From UHGV virus genome UHGV-1380528: a DNA stretch of 47,910 bases. The stretch is one strand, 5' to 3'. Position 1 is the first letter of the stretch. Each line of letters starts with the position of its first letter. Origin of the DNA: a virus. Both the position numbers and the translations under genes were made by a program. Shown one piece after another: positions 47,004-47,910 of this stretch. Below the pieces are notes generated by a model. The model saw nothing but the letters and a program-made list of their open reading frames with translations, ran no database searches and had not been told where the DNA came from.

Positions 47004-47910
47004 ACAGCGCGGTTTGCGTGCCGTATGCGTTAAACACCTTGCTTCGGCCCGAGAAATCCCGGCGAATTTGCAAACCCATAGCAGCCCACGTTAAAAAGTT
47101 AAAGTTAGCGTGCGGCGTGGTACGCGGCTCTGCATAGGTGGATACCGGCTGAGCGACGCGAGGGCGAATGTACAGCGCGTTCTTCACATAGCCGACGAAA
47201 TGGTTCCCGGTCAGCTTGAAGTTGGTGCCGATAGACGCGATGCGGCCAACGTTGCCGGTTTTGCCGAATGCGAGAATGTAATCCTCAATGGTGCCGCCTT
47301 TGAAGCCTGCCGCATTGGAGTACGGGCGGCTGAAGGAGCGACGCACAGACGGAGAAACCCACAGAGTAACCGGCTCGAACACGTTCTGCGCATCGAGAAC
47401 CGCCTGGAAATCCTGATTGAAGAACTCAACGATTTCATCAGGAGTTGCCGTTTGCAGGTCGATATTCAGCGCGCCAGTACCAGAGGTGCTCAGGTTAAGT
47501 TGCACGGTGTTCGGGTGGTTGGTGATGCCGTAAGCAGTATAAACGCCATTCACGTTCAGGCTTGCATCGCCGACCAGCAGATGATCAGCCATGTCTGCGC
47601 GCAGGTTGAAGGTGGTGTTTTCCTGGTCATCAATCAGCGGGTCGAAACCTTCAGACTGCATACCCAGCAGTTCGCGCCACTCGCGGCCATAACCGGTTTT
47701 GAAGATCGGGATTACATCGCCGCTGTAGGAATAGCGGGTTTTATCCAGGTCTTCAGGCTCCTGCCCGGAGATGGTGCGCACAACCTTACCAGCATCGGAG
47801 GCCATGCGGCTAATTGCCACTGTCTTACCGATGTTGATGTTGGTCGCCAGAGTCATCAGGTCGGCCATCATGTCCATGCCGGACTCGTTGCGGAATACAC
47901 GGGTGGTCAC
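47002..47910 (-). CDS. major capsid protein (HK97-fold), C-terminal 302 codons; 5' end beyond window
   Basis: Open to window end; sequence and position consistent with capsid protein; in frame with 180..1 segment if circular. Confidence 0.7.
   Translation of the reverse strand: MTTRVFRNESGMDMMADLMTLATNINIGKTVAISRMASDAGKVVRTISGQEPEDLDKTRYSYSGDVIPIFKTGYGREWRELLGMQSEGFDPLIDDQENTTFNLRADMADHLLVGDASLNVNGVYTAYGITNHPNTVQLNLSTSGTGALNIDLQTATPDEIVEFFNQDFQAVLDAQNVFEPVTLWVSPSVRRSFSRPYSNAAGFKGGTIEDYILAFGKTGNVGRIASIGTNFKLTGNHFVGYVKNALYIRPRVAQPVSTYAEPRTTPHANFNFLTWAAMGLQIRRDFSGRSKVFNAYGTQTAL

Overview
The window reads as a near-complete genome of a tailed dsDNA siphophage of enterobacterial type. It has a T1-like (Drexlerviridae-like) layout and shows no integrase or repressor module. 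Both window ends lie inside the same minus-strand major capsid gene and are in frame, so the sequence is probably a circularly closed or permuted phage genome opened within that gene. The minus strand carries the late genes. These run terminase small/large (15.5-13.6 kb), a degenerate HNH-AP2 endonuclease, portal, a MuF-like protein, a lysis cassette (endolysin, holin-like, Rz/Rz1) and protease-scaffold, then decoration and the major capsid protein across the window junction. They continue with head-tail adaptors (43.8-41.9 kb), major tail, chaperone, tape measure, minor tail and tip proteins, and a 1291-aa tail fiber (27.2-31.1 kb). The plus strand carries a replication and recombination block from 19.0 to 27.1 kb. 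It encodes a 496-aa putative initiator next to an iteron-rich ori-like region, a divergent primase, an SF2 helicase, a VRR-NUC nuclease, a RecB-family exonuclease, a Sak4-like ATPase and SSB. Six small plus-strand moron islands are each preceded by a conserved TTGACGTAGATTG promoter-like motif, which occurs about 10 times in the window. A strong consensus promoter drives a roughly 650-nt noncoding region and three tRNAs (Ser-GCU, Arg-UCU, Met-CAU). The most interesting candidates are listed next. First, an island with a ParB-like nuclease, a DNA methyltransferase split by an in-frame TAA, and a 178-aa truncated beta-clamp (DnaN) homolog. Second, a Tad2-like (DUF2829) candidate anti-Thoeris gene next to a duplicated linker. 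Third, a Lar-family restriction-alleviation gene. Fourth, a three-gene HigA-like module without a recognisable toxin. Fifth, a candidate sRNA between two terminators. Coordinates I computed myself (motifs, small ORFs, tRNAs) may be off by 1-2 nt.
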